In this document: piece by piece, positions 62,289 through 64,000 of the stretch | How positions within the stretch are numbered: the first letter of the stretch is position 1 | Layout of the letters: every line of letters begins with the position of its first letter | Source of the DNA: Candidatus Melainabacteria bacterium RIFCSPLOWO2_02_FULL_35_15 | GTDB taxonomy: Bacteria; Cyanobacteriota; Vampirovibrionia; 2-02-FULL-35-15 | DNA length: 64,000 bases | Assembly: GCA_001784585.1 (NCBI GenBank) | Contig: MFRN01000043.1 | Location: forward strand, 80,966 to 144,965 | Reading direction: 5' to 3' | The notes under the pieces: model-generated | The model's database searches: none | The model's input: the letters and a program-made list of their open reading frames with translations, nothing else | What the model was told of the DNA's origin: nothing | Translations under genes and position numbers: made by a program

Positions 62289-64000
62289 ATGGACACTGAA
62301 AAAACAACAATCTGGGAATCAAAATTATTTTGGGAGGCTTTTAAAGAGTCTTTCATTAAGCTAAATCCGTTTAGCCTAAGAAGAAATATTGTAATGCTTG
62401 TAGTTGAAATAGGCTCAATAATTACAACTGTTGTAACTGTGCAAAACATAATTAATCATGAAAGTTTTTCTTTTAATCTTCAAATAACTTTGTGGCTCTG
62501 GTTTACTATCTTATTTGCTAATTTTGCAGAGTCGCTTGCTGAAGGGAGAAGTAAAGCACAGGCAAGATCGCTTCAGCAGACCCGTATCGAGACTTTTGGA
62601 AACAGATTATCAGCAGATGGAACTTGTGAGCGTGTTTCTGCCATGTCTCTAAGAAAAGGAGATATAGTCTTGGTTTGTGAAAATGAAATAATACCAGGGG
62701 ACGGTGAAATTGTTCATGGAGCAGGGCTTATTGATGAATCAGCAATTACAGGTGAATCAGCTGCTGTTTTAAGGGAAGCAGGCAGTGACAGGGATGCTGT
62801 AACAATAGGGACAAGAATAATTTCAGGTAAAATAAAAGTTAAAATTACTGCTGACCCTGGCAATACTTTTCTTGACCATATGATTGCAATGGTAGAAAGT
62901 GCTCACAGGCAAAAGACACCCAGTGAGGTTGCGCTTGAAATTTTGCTCATTGGATTAACAGTTGTATTTTTAGTTGTAACAATTACGCTGATTGGGTTTG
63001 CCGGCTATTTGAATATATTTATCAGCGTAACTGTCCTCATTTCACTTTTAGTATGTCTTATGCCGACAACAATTGGCGGATTACTGCCTGCTATTGGAAT
63101 AGCAGGAATGGAACGACTGGTTAGAAATAATGTAATTGCAATTAGTGGAAGAGCTATTGAAGCATCAGGTGATGTTGATATTGTTCTGCTTGATAAGACA
63201 GGAACAATTACTCTTGGAAACAGAATTGCCTCTGATTTTATTCCTGATGACGGTATAGATGAGCAGCTTTTAGCTGAGACAGCATTACTGTCTTCTATAG
63301 CAGATGAAACACCTGAAGGTAGAAGTATAGTAACTCTGGCCAAAAATAAACTTGGTGTAAGAGGAAAAGATATTCAGGTTCCGGAAGAAGCTATTTTTGT
63401 GCCTTTTAGTGTTCATACCAGGATGAGCGGACTTACTTGTCCTGATGGTGAAATCCGAAAAGGTGCATATGATGCAATAGAAAAATTTATTGCTGAACGC
63501 CAGGGTGTTATTTCAGAAAAATTAAAAGGATATGTAGAAATTATTGCTAAAGAAGGCGGGACACCGCTTGTTGTGGCAAGAGGCGGGAAAGCAATAGGAG
63601 TGATATACCTGAAAGATATTATTAAGCATGGGATTAAAGAGAGATTGTCTGAGCTGCGGAAGTTAGGAATCCGTTCAGTAATGATTACAGGGGACAATCC
63701 GCTTACTGCATCTACAATTGCAAGAGAATCCGGTGTTGATGATTTTATTGCTGAAGCTAAACCTGAAATCAAGTTACAGCTAATAAGAGAATATCAAAGC
63801 AAAGGATATCTTGTGGCAATGATTGGGGATGGAACAAACGATGCACCGGCACTTGCACAGGCAGATGTAGGCATTGCAATGAATGCAGGTACACAGGCAG
63901 CCAGGGAAGCATCAAATATGGTTGATTTGGATTCTAATCCTACAAAGGTAATAAGCATTGTTGAAATCGGAAAACAAATTCTCATTACACGGGGTTCACT
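62289..64000 (+). CDS. kdpB: K+-transporting ATPase subunit B (runs off window)
   Basis: Manual translation from ATG 62289: FANFAE..AEGR, TGES, PTTIGGLL, DKTGT, DETPEGRS, KGA, GDGTNDAPALAQADVG. Confidence 0.96.
   Translation, partial: MDTEKTTIWESKLFWEAFKESFIKLNPFSLRRNIVMLVVEIGSIITTVVTVQNIINHESFSFNLQITLWLWFTILFANFAESLAEGRSKAQARSLQQTRIETFGNRLSADGTCERVSAMSLRKGDIVLVCENEIIPGDGEIVHGAGLIDESAITGESAAVLREAGSDRDAVTIGTRIISGKIKVKITADPGNTFLDHMIAMVESAHRQKTPSEVALEILLIGLTVVFLVVTITLIGFAGYLNIFISVTVLISLLVCLMPTTIGGLLPAIGIAGMERLVRNNVIAISGRAIEASGDVDIVLLDKTGTITLGNRIASDFIPDDGIDEQLLAETALLSSIADETPEGRSIVTLAKNKLGVRGKDIQVPEEAIFVPFSVHTRMSGLTCPDGEIRKGAYDAIEKFIAERQGVISEKLKGYVEIIAKEGGTPLVVARGGKAIGVIYLKDIIKHGIKERLSELRKLGIRSVMITGDNPLTASTIARESGVDDFIAEAKPEIKLQLIREYQSKGYLVAMIGDGTNDAPALAQADVGIAMNAGTQAAREASNMVDLDSNPTKVISIVEIGKQILITRGS

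Noticed and set aside
63005..63985. Three minus-strand ORFs
   Set aside because: Antisense shadows of kdpB; the same applies to the other short ORFs opposite identified genes.

Overview
AT-rich, gene-dense core-genome window with no prophage, transposase or CRISPR array. The split rpoC1/rpoC2, efp-accB pairing, absence of rpmD, an SLH protein of the cyanobacterial-porin type and lack of photosynthesis genes suggest a non-photosynthetic cyanobacterial relative (Melainabacteria/Vampirovibrionia-like; inference). It holds an S10-spc ribosomal protein cluster broken by an apparent inversion (rplD...secY-mlaE on +, tuf-rpsJ-rplC convergent on -), bamA-skp-lpxD-wecB, rpoB-rpoC1-rpoC2, eno, feoB, kdpAB, tRNA-Gly(CCC) inside the spc cluster, tRNA-Leu(CAA) and a stand-alone 5S rRNA with its own promoter and terminator. 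The most interesting signal is non-coding. A covarying hairpin (GCTnCAG-CTTGT-CTGnAGC) sits between an SD-like GGA and an A-rich spacer before the start codon of rplN, rpsJ, fadD and, degenerately, accB. In front of rplN and rpsJ it belongs to a shared ~85-100 nt two-hairpin leader, a candidate new r-protein leader or structured-RBS system. Also seen: GTAG-type REP palindromes and 7/8-mer tandem repeats inserted in frame in housekeeping proteins, a rod-like ~148-nt RNA candidate after eno, and several odd proteins (His-less pseudo-HisKA membrane protein, Sm-like protein, tandem cytidine deaminase, extended exit-tunnel r-proteins). All calls are by eye; no database searches were run.
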